A stretch of 29,953 bases of DNA from a virus. Lineage: Duplodnaviria > Caudoviricetes. Shown here in pieces: positions 8,776 through 16,704 of the stretch; position 1 is the stretch's first letter; every line of letters begins with the position of its first letter. Where the stretch lies: positions 1 to 29,953 of the IMG/VR virus record IMGVR_UViG_3300037139_000037; one strand, 5' to 3'. The notes below the pieces were generated by a model. It had not been told where the DNA came from. It saw nothing but the letters and a program-made list of their open reading frames with translations, and made no database searches. A program made the translations under genes and the position numbers.

Positions 8776-8985
8776 TTATAGAACTTTCTTCAACCGTTCA
8801 ATGACGGCTGCTTTGGTTTTCTCAACGTAATCTTTGCACTCGCCCATTGAGGTTGGTACCCAACCCTTGCGCTCCGATAGTGAAGGCTCATGGTCGTACT
8901 GGCAACTGATTTTGTATCCGTTTTCCACGGCGCAGATTGCGACGTGGCACAGTTCGCCAAGTTTCTCTTCTTTGTCTTCTGCCAT
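8776..8985 (-). CDS. Hypothetical protein (69 aa)
   Basis: Tiles the operon; GGGG SD-like site. Confidence 0.7.
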   Translation of the reverse strand: MAEDKEEKLGELCHVAICAVENGYKISCQYDHEPSLSERKGWVPTSMGECKDYVEKTKAAVIERLKKVL

Positions 8986-8987
8986 GC

Positions 8988-9350
8988 TTACCCCTTGGCG
9001 GTTGCCGCCTCTTCCTCTAACTCTTTTGCTATGCGTGCATCATGCTCGTCTTGCTCAACCTGCCAAGTTGTCCTCACTCGTGGTGACTCGAAGCTGGCAA
9101 AGCTAGGCTTCTCTGCTCGCTTACGCGTAGGATCGATGCCTACGCGCTGGTTGATGTTCATCTGATAAAGTGCGACTGTAGCTGTGAGTTGTGCCTTTTC
9201 GGAGCGCAATTCAGCTATAGTTTGATCTTTATCCTGCCTCATTTGTTGCAAATCAGAACGCGCCATCAACAAGTCTGTTTCCAATCTGCATAGTAATCTA
9301 GAGCAAAAAAGATCATGGAAAAATTCACGTACTTTACTGGCTAGAGTCAT
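8988..9350 (-). CDS. Coiled-coil hypothetical protein
   Basis: Heptad-like central segment; tiles the operon. Confidence 0.75.
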   Translation of the reverse strand: MTLASKVREFFHDLFCSRLLCRLETDLLMARSDLQQMRQDKDQTIAELRSEKAQLTATVALYQMNINQRVGIDPTRKRAEKPSFASFESPRVRTTWQVEQDEHDARIAKELEEEAATAKG

Positions 9351-9852
9351 TTGTTGCTTCCTTGTTGCGTTCCCAGTATTTCTTCATTGAACGCTTATAA
9401 TTGTCTGTCCACTCCTGTGATCTAGGAGGACGCTTCCTACCAGTAAGTTGTTTACTGTGGTTTATTTTCCATTCTTCGGTGTGGAGAATTCCTATGTGAG
9501 ACTCTGCTATGTTTCTTTTTGTCTCCGCAGTTCTCTTCATACCTCTGTGTGCAGCGCCAATCTTCAACCTATGCTCCAGTGTTTTAGGTCCATAAGTTCC
9601 TTCTCCACCGTTCGTGAGGTTTCTCAGGCAACCAAGCCCTAAATCCTTGCGACCGTAGTACCAAATCAAAGCAATTTCAGTTTCAAACGCATCGGCTTCA
9701 GATTCGGCTGGATAGATAACAACGCATTCTTTAGGAGGTGCCTTCATCTTCCTATTAGGCGCTAAGTGACGTGTGTAGGCTCTATTTCCTTTTCCCTTAC
9801 CTGCATAGTAAGGGGTACCATCTTCCCTCAACCATAAATACGTGTAGAACAT
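9334..9852 (-). CDS. GIY-YIG homing endonuclease with NUMOD3-like repeats
   Basis: FYTYLW-x7-YYAGKGKGNR, conserved Glu (AFETE), LRNLTNGGEG, and RTAETKRNIAESH-type repeats; GGAGG SD before ATG 9852. Confidence 0.88.
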   Translation of the reverse strand: MFYTYLWLREDGTPYYAGKGKGNRAYTRHLAPNRKMKAPPKECVVIYPAESEADAFETEIALIWYYGRKDLGLGCLRNLTNGGEGTYGPKTLEHRLKIGAAHRGMKRTAETKRNIAESHIGILHTEEWKINHSKQLTGRKRPPRSQEWTDNYKRSMKKYWERNKEATNDSSQ

Positions 9853-9856
9853 CTTT

Positions 9857-9927
9857 CCTCCGCAATAGGTTCGCGCAGGAGGAGATTGCGGCTCCCCCTG
9901 CACTGGCGCTGAGTAATTAGTCCAGCG
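9857..9927 (-). promoter_or_regulatory. Two-hairpin / SD-pseudoknot leader element, copy A
   Basis: CGCUGGACUAAUUACUCAGCG; GCAGGGGGAG-CCGCAAU-CUCCUCCUGC; GAACCU; AUUGCGG-AGG. Confidence 0.7.
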
Positions 9928-9930
9928 ATG

Positions 9931-12348
9931 TTACTGATTTTCGTACTTGGATTGCCACACAGGCTGTTCGGCCTGTCTGAACGATGATGTTTTGTTCTCA
10001 TTCTCCGCATCAAGTTTCATCTTGAGGAAGTGGGCAGCTAGTGGGTCAGTCTTTTTCAACATTGCGACTCGTTCTGCTTCGATCTGTGCTTCAGGCTTCT
10101 TCTTTGCTCCGAGATGTCCGTACAGTCCGTATCGGAAACCATCGTAACAATCATCGCCTTTGGCATCGACCTTCAGCACATCGTCCATCACTTTAGGGTC
10201 ACGCATCAACGACGGGATTGCAAGGATTATCTCCCTGCAGGTGTCGAGGATTACAATTTCGCCCTTCTTGATACAGTTGTACATCAGCGATGCAGAACCA
10301 ATGCGGTCCTGTGTCGCTCGTGTAACTGGCGGTAAGCCCACAAGTTTCAACGCTCGTGAGTACTCATTCGCAGGTGTGCGGTCGTCCATCTGTCTGTTGA
10401 ACTTTTCATGAGAAAAGTAAATTGCTTTGAGTGCGATTGGTTTTCCGTTTGGCAAGTGTGCTTTTGCTTTGATGATCGAGGCTAACTCGTCCATCGTCTT
10501 GCCGCCTGTTACAACGATCTCTTGGAAGCAAACAGTCTTGAGTCTGTAGTTGTCTCCAATTGAGTCTTTAACCAGCGCCTTCGTAAACATGTAGGTGGCG
10601 TTGGCGTGTCCCATGCCCCAGTCTTCTCCAGCCCAGCACGGTTGCCAGTCTTGCCAGATAATAGCCTCGGGGTCTTCTCGTAAGTTGAGCACGTGATACG
10701 AAGGATCGAAGCAGTCGAAGTACTGTCCTTCTGCTACGCCGTCATACCCGTATAGAACTTTGTCCCGCTTCGCCTTCGGCATTGACATCAAACGTGTAAC
10801 GATGCCAGGGTCACGTGCGAGCAGTTCTGGGTTGTCAAAAACTGTCGAGCGTTGGTAAGCATACTCGTCTGGGTCGTAAATCTTGCTCCACTCCCCAGAT
10901 TCCTTAGTCCACCATGTTCCATCCACAGGGTCGCGCTTGGCTTCCTCACCCGGATTCCATGGTTCCTTCTGAACGAACAGCGTGCGGTAGTACTCGTAGT
11001 GTGGACCCAATGGGTTCGTGCACCCTACGATGGTTGGTATCGGGAGATTATTGTGATCGTCCCGTTGGCAAGCTGGGTTGACGATGTTACGTTGGAATAG
11101 CATCATCCATGCATCCGGCGAGAACTGACCACATTCATCAACCAGAATAGCGGGGTAAGCCTGCCCTAAGTACTGCTCGATGTCTCTATCTTTGTTGTTC
11201 TGACAATTATGAACAAGCACACCATTGGCAAAGAACTCATGTTCTTCTTCAACTTGTAAGTCAAATACTGGGACAGGTTCTGAGGTAATCTGCTCGGAAG
11301 GCGTTGCCACAGTTAACGTCACAAAATCGCTTCTTTTTTGTTTGGGCGATAATTGGTTTGTTACATTCCCAGCAGATGATCTTCCAAGGCTCACGGAGCA
11401 GAGGTCTTCCTGTGCGTCCGATGCCGTGAGGGGCGTGGTGTATTCTGTGCTCTCTGATGGGAAGCAGTTCATAGTTGCTTCCATCAAATGGGTTGTTAAG
11501 AGGGTTTTCATCTTTGTGATGAACTTCAAACCTCTCTGGAATAGCACCGTTAGTTTTTTCGTAAACAGCGACGTGCAGGTAAGTTTTGATTCCGTTTCTC
11601 CAGCCTTTATAGTACACACGGTCGGACCTACGGCTTGAGTCTGGATACCTGTAGTAAACAACGTCTCCAAATACGATGGTTTGTGACACAGCAGGCGCAC
11701 GGTCTTTTCTAAATCCTTTTGGCATGTAATCTCCTCTGCGGATTTCCATTCCCCATTGACTAAGAGTTTATGCTCTTTGGTTAGGCTTAATGGACCAAGT
11801 TGGACGACTGCTTTGGTGCCAGTCTGCCCAGACCATAGTATACGCCTAAATCCTTTACGAGTCAATGCTGAGTCTTCCGTGGTTACCTCTTCAATAGGTA
11901 CTAAACCCCTCTGTGTGGTTACTAACGTGCCTTTAGCAAGGCAGTGTCCGAAGACTACCCGCGATCCGTTTGTTAATGTTGCAACGTGCTTCGTGGAGTC
12001 GTAGGTGTAGAGTTCCTTCGGCATGAAGGTGCGAAAATCTGCAATGGCTCCGTTCTCCAGTTCTTTAAAATTTCTTCTCAGAACTAGAAGGTTGCACCCT
12101 TCCCATTGTAGGCAATAGTGCATCACAAAAAACATGAGCCATCCGCAAGTTTTACCTGAGCGGATACCACCCGTACTTAAACATTGTCCTGCTGCAGGTT
12201 GCAAGTACACCTTACCATTACGCATAACATTACGTATCAGTTCTGTCTGCTTCGGTTGGAATCTGAATATCTTGTCGAAGTTCAGTGTTCCATCTGTGTT
12301 TAAGTATGGCTTTGTCTCTACTGCATCTACGATTTTTCTTCGGGGCAC
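9931..12348 (-). CDS. terL: Terminase large subunit (intein-containing)
   Basis: Walker A GGIRSGKT, Walker B ILVDE, TNP coupling motif, nuclease-domain DWG and DDCYDGFRY. Confidence 0.93.
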   Translation of the reverse strand: MPRRKIVDAVETKPYLNTDGTLNFDKIFRFQPKQTELIRNVMRNGKVYLQPAAGQCLSTGGIRSGKTCGWLMFFVMHYCLQWEGCNLLVLRRNFKELENGAIADFRTFMPKELYTYDSTKHVATLTNGSRVVFGHCLAKGTLVTTQRGLVPIEEVTTEDSALTRKGFRRILWSGQTGTKAVVQLGPLSLTKEHKLLVNGEWKSAEEITCQKDLEKTVRLLCHKPSYLETLFTTGIQTQAVGPTVCTIKAGETESKLTCTSLFTKKLTVLFQRGLKFITKMKTLLTTHLMEATMNCFPSESTEYTTPLTASDAQEDLCSVSLGRSSAGNVTNQLSPKQKRSDFVTLTVATPSEQITSEPVPVFDLQVEEEHEFFANGVLVHNCQNNKDRDIEQYLGQAYPAILVDECGQFSPDAWMMLFQRNIVNPACQRDDHNNLPIPTIVGCTNPLGPHYEYYRTLFVQKEPWNPGEEAKRDPVDGTWWTKESGEWSKIYDPDEYAYQRSTVFDNPELLARDPGIVTRLMSMPKAKRDKVLYGYDGVAEGQYFDCFDPSYHVLNLREDPEAIIWQDWQPCWAGEDWGMGHANATYMFTKALVKDSIGDNYRLKTVCFQEIVVTGGKTMDELASIIKAKAHLPNGKPIALKAIYFSHEKFNRQMDDRTPANEYSRALKLVGLPPVTRATQDRIGSASLMYNCIKKGEIVILDTCREIILAIPSLMRDPKVMDDVLKVDAKGDDCYDGFRYGLYGHLGAKKKPEAQIEAERVAMLKKTDPLAAHFLKMKLDAENENKTSSFRQAEQPVWQSKYENQ
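11206..11943 (-). mobile_element. Intein (246 aa) in the TerL ATPase domain
   Basis: Block A CLAKGTLVTT, block B LTKEH, blocks F/G VFDLQVEEEHEFFANGVLVHN followed by Cys+1. Confidence 0.93.
11261..11725 (-). CDS. HNH endonuclease overprinted in another frame within the intein
   Basis: GAGGAG SD before ATG 11725; YLHVAVYE..NGAIP...VHHKDENPLNN...NYELL...EH; C-terminal CWEC/CDVNC zinc ribbon. Confidence 0.85.
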   Translation of the reverse strand: MPKGFRKDRAPAVSQTIVFGDVVYYRYPDSSRRSDRVYYKGWRNGIKTYLHVAVYEKTNGAIPERFEVHHKDENPLNNPFDGSNYELLPIREHRIHHAPHGIGRTGRPLLREPWKIICWECNKPIIAQTKKKRFCDVNCGNAFRADYLRTCPSI

Positions 12349-12358
12349 TGAGTTGCCT

Positions 12359-12874
12359 CTATCTCTTTTTCTCGTTCGTGATTACATCTATCACCTCTGC
12401 AAAGGATGGCTGCTTGGGTTTTACAACCGCTTGATCTGCATCCACAACTTTGGGGTTCATTAAGTCTGGTGACACCACGATGATTGTCTTCACAGGCTGA
12501 GTTGTAATCCTGTCTAAGTCTTGCTCTGATGACGCTTCTTTGCCCAGCGCACGTCTCATCACAATCTCGTACGCCTTCACTGCCGCCATCATTGCCTTAG
12601 GGTCTGTGTCTGTATTCTGCGCTATGCTTAGAATGTTCCTGAAAGCTACTTCGTGCTCTGACAAACCTTCCTTAGTCTTACTGGGTCCGTACAGAATCTT
12701 GCGCTCTTTGCGCGTAAACTCTACGCTGGGTATAATGGGCCTTGGCTTCTTTGCGAAGGTGCCCTTAGTATTGCGTAGCGCTTCTCTGGTGCTACCATCT
12801 TTATTCCTGACGATAACCATAGAAGTTCCCTCAGGCGCTATTTGGGGTAGAGGCTTTGGTGCTGAGTCGGACAT
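12359..12874 (-). CDS. Terminase small subunit (putative)
   Basis: Immediately upstream of terL; RNTKGTFAK N-terminal motif and helical core. Confidence 0.55.
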   Translation of the reverse strand: MSDSAPKPLPQIAPEGTSMVIVRNKDGSTREALRNTKGTFAKKPRPIIPSVEFTRKERKILYGPSKTKEGLSEHEVAFRNILSIAQNTDTDPKAMMAAVKAYEIVMRRALGKEASSEQDLDRITTQPVKTIIVVSPDLMNPKVVDADQAVVKPKQPSFAEVIDVITNEKKR

Positions 12875-12875
12875 T

Positions 12876-13433
12876 TTATTTTCCCCATTTCCTAAGGTAG
12901 GCTGCGGCAGCTTCACATAGTGTTGGATTGTCTTGTAAAAGCCCTATAGCCTGATTGCATGTACCGCAAAGTAATTCACGTGGAGTCTTAGTTTCATGGT
13001 CGTGATCTGCATGCGGAGTTGTTTCGAAAGGTTTATTACACAAAGCACAGCAATTGTTCTGCTTCTTTTTAGTTTCCTCCACCGATTCTGGAGTCCAACC
13101 TAAATGCTTCAACGCCGCTCTACGAGAACGCTTTGCAACTTTAGCACGAAGTTCTGAATCATTTGCATAGCGTTCTTTGGAAGCTAATAACTGCTCCTCT
13201 TTGTGCTCTGCGTAGTACTTTTTCATGTACTCTGAGTTCGGCTTTCGTTTTCCACGGAGTGCTTCGTTTCTCTTTCGAGAAAATTCTTTTGCTTTTTCAG
13301 GGTTTTCTGCCCACCAATTACTACTGGTAATCTTCTGGCACTCTTTGCATCCTCCACTACTGCTTACATTGTTAGGGGTTCTTTCATGCCCACGTTTACA
13401 ATGCTTCTTTTTCTGGTACGGTCCTCTTATCAT
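12876..13433 (-). CDS. Endonuclease VII-like homing endonuclease
   Basis: QNNCCALC...HADHDHET...RELLCGTCNQAIG; N-terminal HCKRGHE...CKEC module. Confidence 0.88.
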   Translation of the reverse strand: MIRGPYQKKKHCKRGHERTPNNVSSSGGCKECQKITSSNWWAENPEKAKEFSRKRNEALRGKRKPNSEYMKKYYAEHKEEQLLASKERYANDSELRAKVAKRSRRAALKHLGWTPESVEETKKKQNNCCALCNKPFETTPHADHDHETKTPRELLCGTCNQAIGLLQDNPTLCEAAAAYLRKWGK

Positions 13434-13436
13434 TTT

Positions 13437-13507
13437 CCCTCCATATAAGGTTCGAGCCTAGAGTGTATATGGCACCCTAGGCTCTACACTGGGTAATTAT
13501 TCCAGCG
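13437..13507 (-). promoter_or_regulatory. Two-hairpin / SD-pseudoknot leader element, copy B
   Basis: CGCUGGAAUAAUUACCCAGUG; GAGCCUAGGGUG-CCAUAUA-CACUCUAGGCUC; GAACCU; UAUAUGG-AGG. Confidence 0.7.
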
Positions 13508-13512
13508 GTTCT

Positions 13513-13833
13513 TTACAGTTTCTTAAAAGTATTTGTAACTCCATCAAAAACATATTCTGCTTTTGAAATGATGTAAGTTGAGAATAATCCCTCAACAGTA
13601 GTTTGATATGCTTTAGACTTTTCCTCGGCTAATTTTGAAAGACGTTGCAACTCCATCTGCAGTTTAAGGAAATCTAATTCCAAAGTGCGGAGCACGAGTT
13701 GCTCCTCTGCTTTAATTTCCACAATCGCAGCCTTGATCTTCTCTTCAACCTTCGCCACAACTGCTGCTGCAACGGTTTCAACTTTAGTTTCAACTGCTTT
13801 CACTTCACCTTCAATTACGGTTTCGATTGACAT
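13513..13833 (-). CDS. Coiled-coil hypothetical protein
   Basis: AGGAG SD before ATG 13833; E/K/V/A-rich helix. Confidence 0.75.
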   Translation of the reverse strand: MSIETVIEGEVKAVETKVETVAAAVVAKVEEKIKAAIVEIKAEEQLVLRTLELDFLKLQMELQRLSKLAEEKSKAYQTTVEGLFSTYIISKAEYVFDGVTNTFKKL

Positions 13834-13856
13834 TCTGAGTCTCCTAATTTTGATTT

Positions 13857-14216
13857 TTACCACACGTTCTGAAACGCTCCAGCTTTCGCTATGCGCTTCA
13901 TTTCTTGCTGGAATGCACTACGTGGGTCTTGTGACTCACAGTCCGCATTCGGTTTTGCTATGTGACACATCTCATGCAGTAAGTCTGATGCTCTGTGCCG
14001 CATGTTTGAAGCTGGTGTCTTTCTAATCACAATCTTTGGCGGTCCTTCTTTGTAGAAATAGGTTACCGCGCAAGTGCTGCGATGCTTTCCGTCCTTCGTG
14101 TTTACCTTATCCAATTTTGGCGCGTAGTACAGTTTCACACCGTCAGGCAATCTGCCACCGAAGAACTCTCGGTTATAGTGGTTGTACAACTTTGTCAAGT
14201 AAGAAGAGGCACGCAT
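13857..14216 (-). CDS. SprT-like zinc metalloprotease
   Basis: YNHYNREFFGGRLP and LLHEMCH (HExxH); GGAG SD before ATG 14216. Confidence 0.75.
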   Translation of the reverse strand: MRASSYLTKLYNHYNREFFGGRLPDGVKLYYAPKLDKVNTKDGKHRSTCAVTYFYKEGPPKIVIRKTPASNMRHRASDLLHEMCHIAKPNADCESQDPRSAFQQEMKRIAKAGAFQNVW

Positions 14217-14301
14217 AATGAACTCCACAAGCCCACCGTTTACACTTTCGGGCAAGATAGAGTGAGGCATATTGCTGCGCGGCCTCTGCGCGTACAAACG
14301 T

Positions 14302-14333
14302 AGAAAGCCCCAACTCGGTTAAGAGTTGAGGCT
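14302..14333 (-). terminator. Probable intrinsic terminator
   Basis: AGCCUCAACUC/GAGUUGGGGCU stem followed by a short U-rich tail. Confidence 0.55.
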
Positions 14334-14335
14334 TG

Positions 14336-15120
14336 GGTCCGACGTTCTTCACATCGGAGGTGTAGTTGAAATGTCCTGTTACCAGCCCATTCACACTGCG
14401 CTCGAATCCGGCGAACAGTGCCCAATGGGGCTTACAAGTTTTAGGGTACAGGTGAATCCCCTATGCCCGTTTAGGCTCTGGGTCCAGAGTGTGCTCATCG
14501 TTGGATGCATCTCTTGTTATGCGGTGATGGCCGCGATCCCAACTACGCAACGAAGCGATAGGGAAGCCTTCCTGAGCGCGACTGGTCTCTTGCCATAGGC
14601 GTGAGTAGCCAGCTAGGTTGATGAGGATATCTAGAACGCTACAACCGTACGTTCCTCGACGCTGCTTATAGATGACGGAGGGGAACAGCGAACCTTTCTC
14701 GTCACGTTCGTCCCTATGGTGCCACTGAAGGCCCAGCACTCGGGACATGCAACTGAGGGCGGGTTTCAGCCGCTACACGAGGCGTAGCTTATGCGCCTCT
14801 CTCAATTACATGCGGTTTTATTGAATGAGAATCCGCCACTCTGCAGATCGAGGGGTCATGACTTCCCAAACATCTGCTTTGTACGGTTTCCGTTCCCCGT
14901 TCCGTAGTCTGCGGCGAAAGCAGAGCGGATGTCCACAGCCCCGTCTCTCAAAGAGTGCGGTGTGGCTTCGATGATTGCGGTAGTCGTGAGCTACACCTCC
15001 GCTAAGCATCATCCATGCGCCCTAAGGCGACTTTCGACAAGCCTGACCGCCAGCACGAATGCTGCATGCTTTATCTCGTATCCCTAATGGGGAAGTCAGG
15101 AAACGTGTCGAATCTTTTGC
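14336..15120 (-). ncRNA. Candidate large structured ncRNA (~780 nt)
   Basis: No credible CDS; many nested inverted repeats; 11-bp long-range complement 14355-14365/14991-15001; begins right after tRNA-Asn and ends at a terminator. Confidence 0.6.
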
Positions 15121-15125
15121 ATGTA

Positions 15126-15201
15126 TGGCTGGCACGGAGGGTGTCGAACCCCCAACCACTGCATTAACAGTGCAGCGCTCTGCCAATTGAGCTACATGCC
15201 A
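15126..15201 (-). tRNA. tRNA-Asn(GUU)
   Basis: 76-nt cloverleaf; CUGCA-CUGUUAA-UGCAG anticodon arm; GUUCGA T-loop; encoded CCA. Confidence 0.95.
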
Positions 15202-15206
15202 ATCTT

Positions 15207-15280
15207 TGGTGGACCGTGGCAGATTCGCACTGCCGTTTGATGCGTGCAAGGCAACTGTCCTCCTACTAGACGAACAGCCC
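15207..15280 (-). tRNA. tRNA-Ala(UGC), atypical
   Basis: Cloverleaf with G3:U70, discriminator A and CCA; anticodon UGC; T-loop UGCGAAU. Confidence 0.85.
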
Positions 15281-15283
15281 ACG

Positions 15284-15487
15284 TTAAACTTTTGGAATCT
15301 TGTAATGGTTCCGCTTTGCTGCTTCGAGTTCTGCTACGCATTCGTCTCGCACTGTCGATGAAATGTATACTGTACTTGCGAACTCTATAAGGTCTGCCAT
15401 GCGCTGATCGAACTTCTCTAAACTACTTTCGTTTGCTTCCCTCAGTGCGAAGAGGGGTTCCTCGTCCTGCGGAATGTCATTGCTCAT
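15284..15487 (-). CDS. Hypothetical protein (67 aa)
   Basis: ATG 15487; protein-like acidic helical composition; weak SD. Confidence 0.55.
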   Translation of the reverse strand: MSNDIPQDEEPLFALREANESSLEKFDQRMADLIEFASTVYISSTVRDECVAELEAAKRNHYKIPKV

Positions 15488-15496
15488 AATTTGTCT

Positions 15497-15785
15497 CGAA
15501 GGGAGAGTCAATGCTCTCCCCTCTCGGTTGTTGCAGCTTCACGTTGGGACTTCCGCTCTAAGGCTGCCCAATACGCTATTAGCGCAATCTTGGTACTGCG
15601 CAGGATGGTATGTCCTGCTTCGGTTCTTACAATGGAACCAGAACTTGTCGATGGCGAGCGGTGGCTTGTTTTCCACCGCACTGTTTACAGCCTACGTCGC
15701 CAATGTCTAGCCGGGGCCGTCACAACCTAGAAAGGAGAAGACTAGGGACTGCCCCGGCGTATGCTGTGGGGTTGCCCCACTGAGG
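15497..15785 (-). ncRNA. Candidate structured ncRNA or leader (~290 nt)
   Basis: Back-to-back GC-rich stems and no convincing CDS. Confidence 0.45.
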
Positions 15786-15813
15786 GTATGTCTCATTTCA
15801 AGATACACTACAA

Positions 15814-16149
15814 TTATACCATGCCCTCCAAATCCTCAAGGAACGGCTGTCTTTGCTGATCCAGAATCTGTTCCCTGCGCTGCTTCTCTTCGTAGGCCAG
15901 GTTCTGTACATCATCCTCTATCCTACTCATTCTAATAGTAGCTAGTGCTACTTCTTTGGTTTCCTCCAGATACCGCCTAAGGCTCAATCGCTCGCCTAGT
16001 GGTTCTGGTTCCTTTGAATCTTGTAAAGCCCATCCGGCTCTGTACAACCAGTCGAGCACGGTTTCTAAAGGTAAACTGTTGAGAACTTTCAAAAATGTGC
16101 GTGACTTCTGCTCTGCTCTTTCGGTTTTGGTTAGTATGTGAGTTGTCAT
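15814..16149 (-). CDS. Hypothetical protein, probably leaderless
   Basis: 111 aa; ATG lies 6 nt downstream of a -10 box. Confidence 0.75.
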   Translation of the reverse strand: MTTHILTKTERAEQKSRTFLKVLNSLPLETVLDWLYRAGWALQDSKEPEPLGERLSLRRYLEETKEVALATIRMSRIEDDVQNLAYEEKQRREQILDQQRQPFLEDLEGMV

Positions 16150-16155
16150 ACAAAC

Positions 16156-16184
16156 AGTATAGCAGCGCCCGGTAGCATTGTCAA
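16156..16184 (-). promoter_or_regulatory. sigma70-type promoter
   Basis: TTGACA-17 nt-TATACT with TG extension. Confidence 0.8.
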
Positions 16185-16448
16185 CTAAAAAGTGGTAAGT
16201 TACTTATTTTCAACAAGATGCATGCAGTGTGTAGAAACACTTTCCTTGTAAACAACTCATAACAATGAACTTACACATCCGTTCCACTTTTATTTGGACC
16301 CGCATGTTATTCTAAGACTACCCCTCCCCGGCAGATACCTATACATGTAATAGACACCTCCTGAACGTAGGTAACGTGTTACCATAATAAACCAACAAGT
16401 TAGCTCATGCATTGGCTGCTAAGATGTTGAAAGGAAAGAACCATTTAT

Positions 16449-16694
16449 ATGCTAATGTCAGCAAGTGCTAGGGCACACCGTAGCAAACTGCGGCAGTCCC
16501 TGAACTTAGAGTTAAACGTCTGGCTCCAGCGGGAGAAGGACATGGAAGTCGCGCTCGCACTGGGCAAGTCTGGCGTCCCCGAGAAGGTGGCATTCATCCG
16601 ACAGGAACAGGCGAAGCTGCGGAAGGCCCTGCGGTCGCTCGACCGAGGCTTCGGACGGCAACGGGCTTGGTCACAGGGCAAATTACTTTACTAG
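16449..16694 (+). CDS. Hypothetical basic protein (81 aa)
   Basis: First gene of the plus-strand module; stop overlaps the next SD (TAGGAGG). Confidence 0.7.
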   Translation: MLMSASARAHRSKLRQSLNLELNVWLQREKDMEVALALGKSGVPEKVAFIRQEQAKLRKALRSLDRGFGRQRAWSQGKLLY

Positions 16695-16704
16695 GAGGAA
16701 TCAT

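Noticed and set aside
11261-11749. Sequencing frameshift as the explanation for the out-of-frame HNH
   Set aside because: The TerL/intein frame is uninterrupted end to end and the HNH has its own SD and stop
43-13461. Many plus-strand ORFs across the structural arm
   Set aside because: Antisense shadows of clear minus-strand genes, without recognisable motifs
14326-15282. ORFs 14326-14598, 14461-14748, 14818-15012 and 15022-15282
   Set aside because: No SD or protein motifs; one overlaps both tRNAs; the region is better explained as structured RNA
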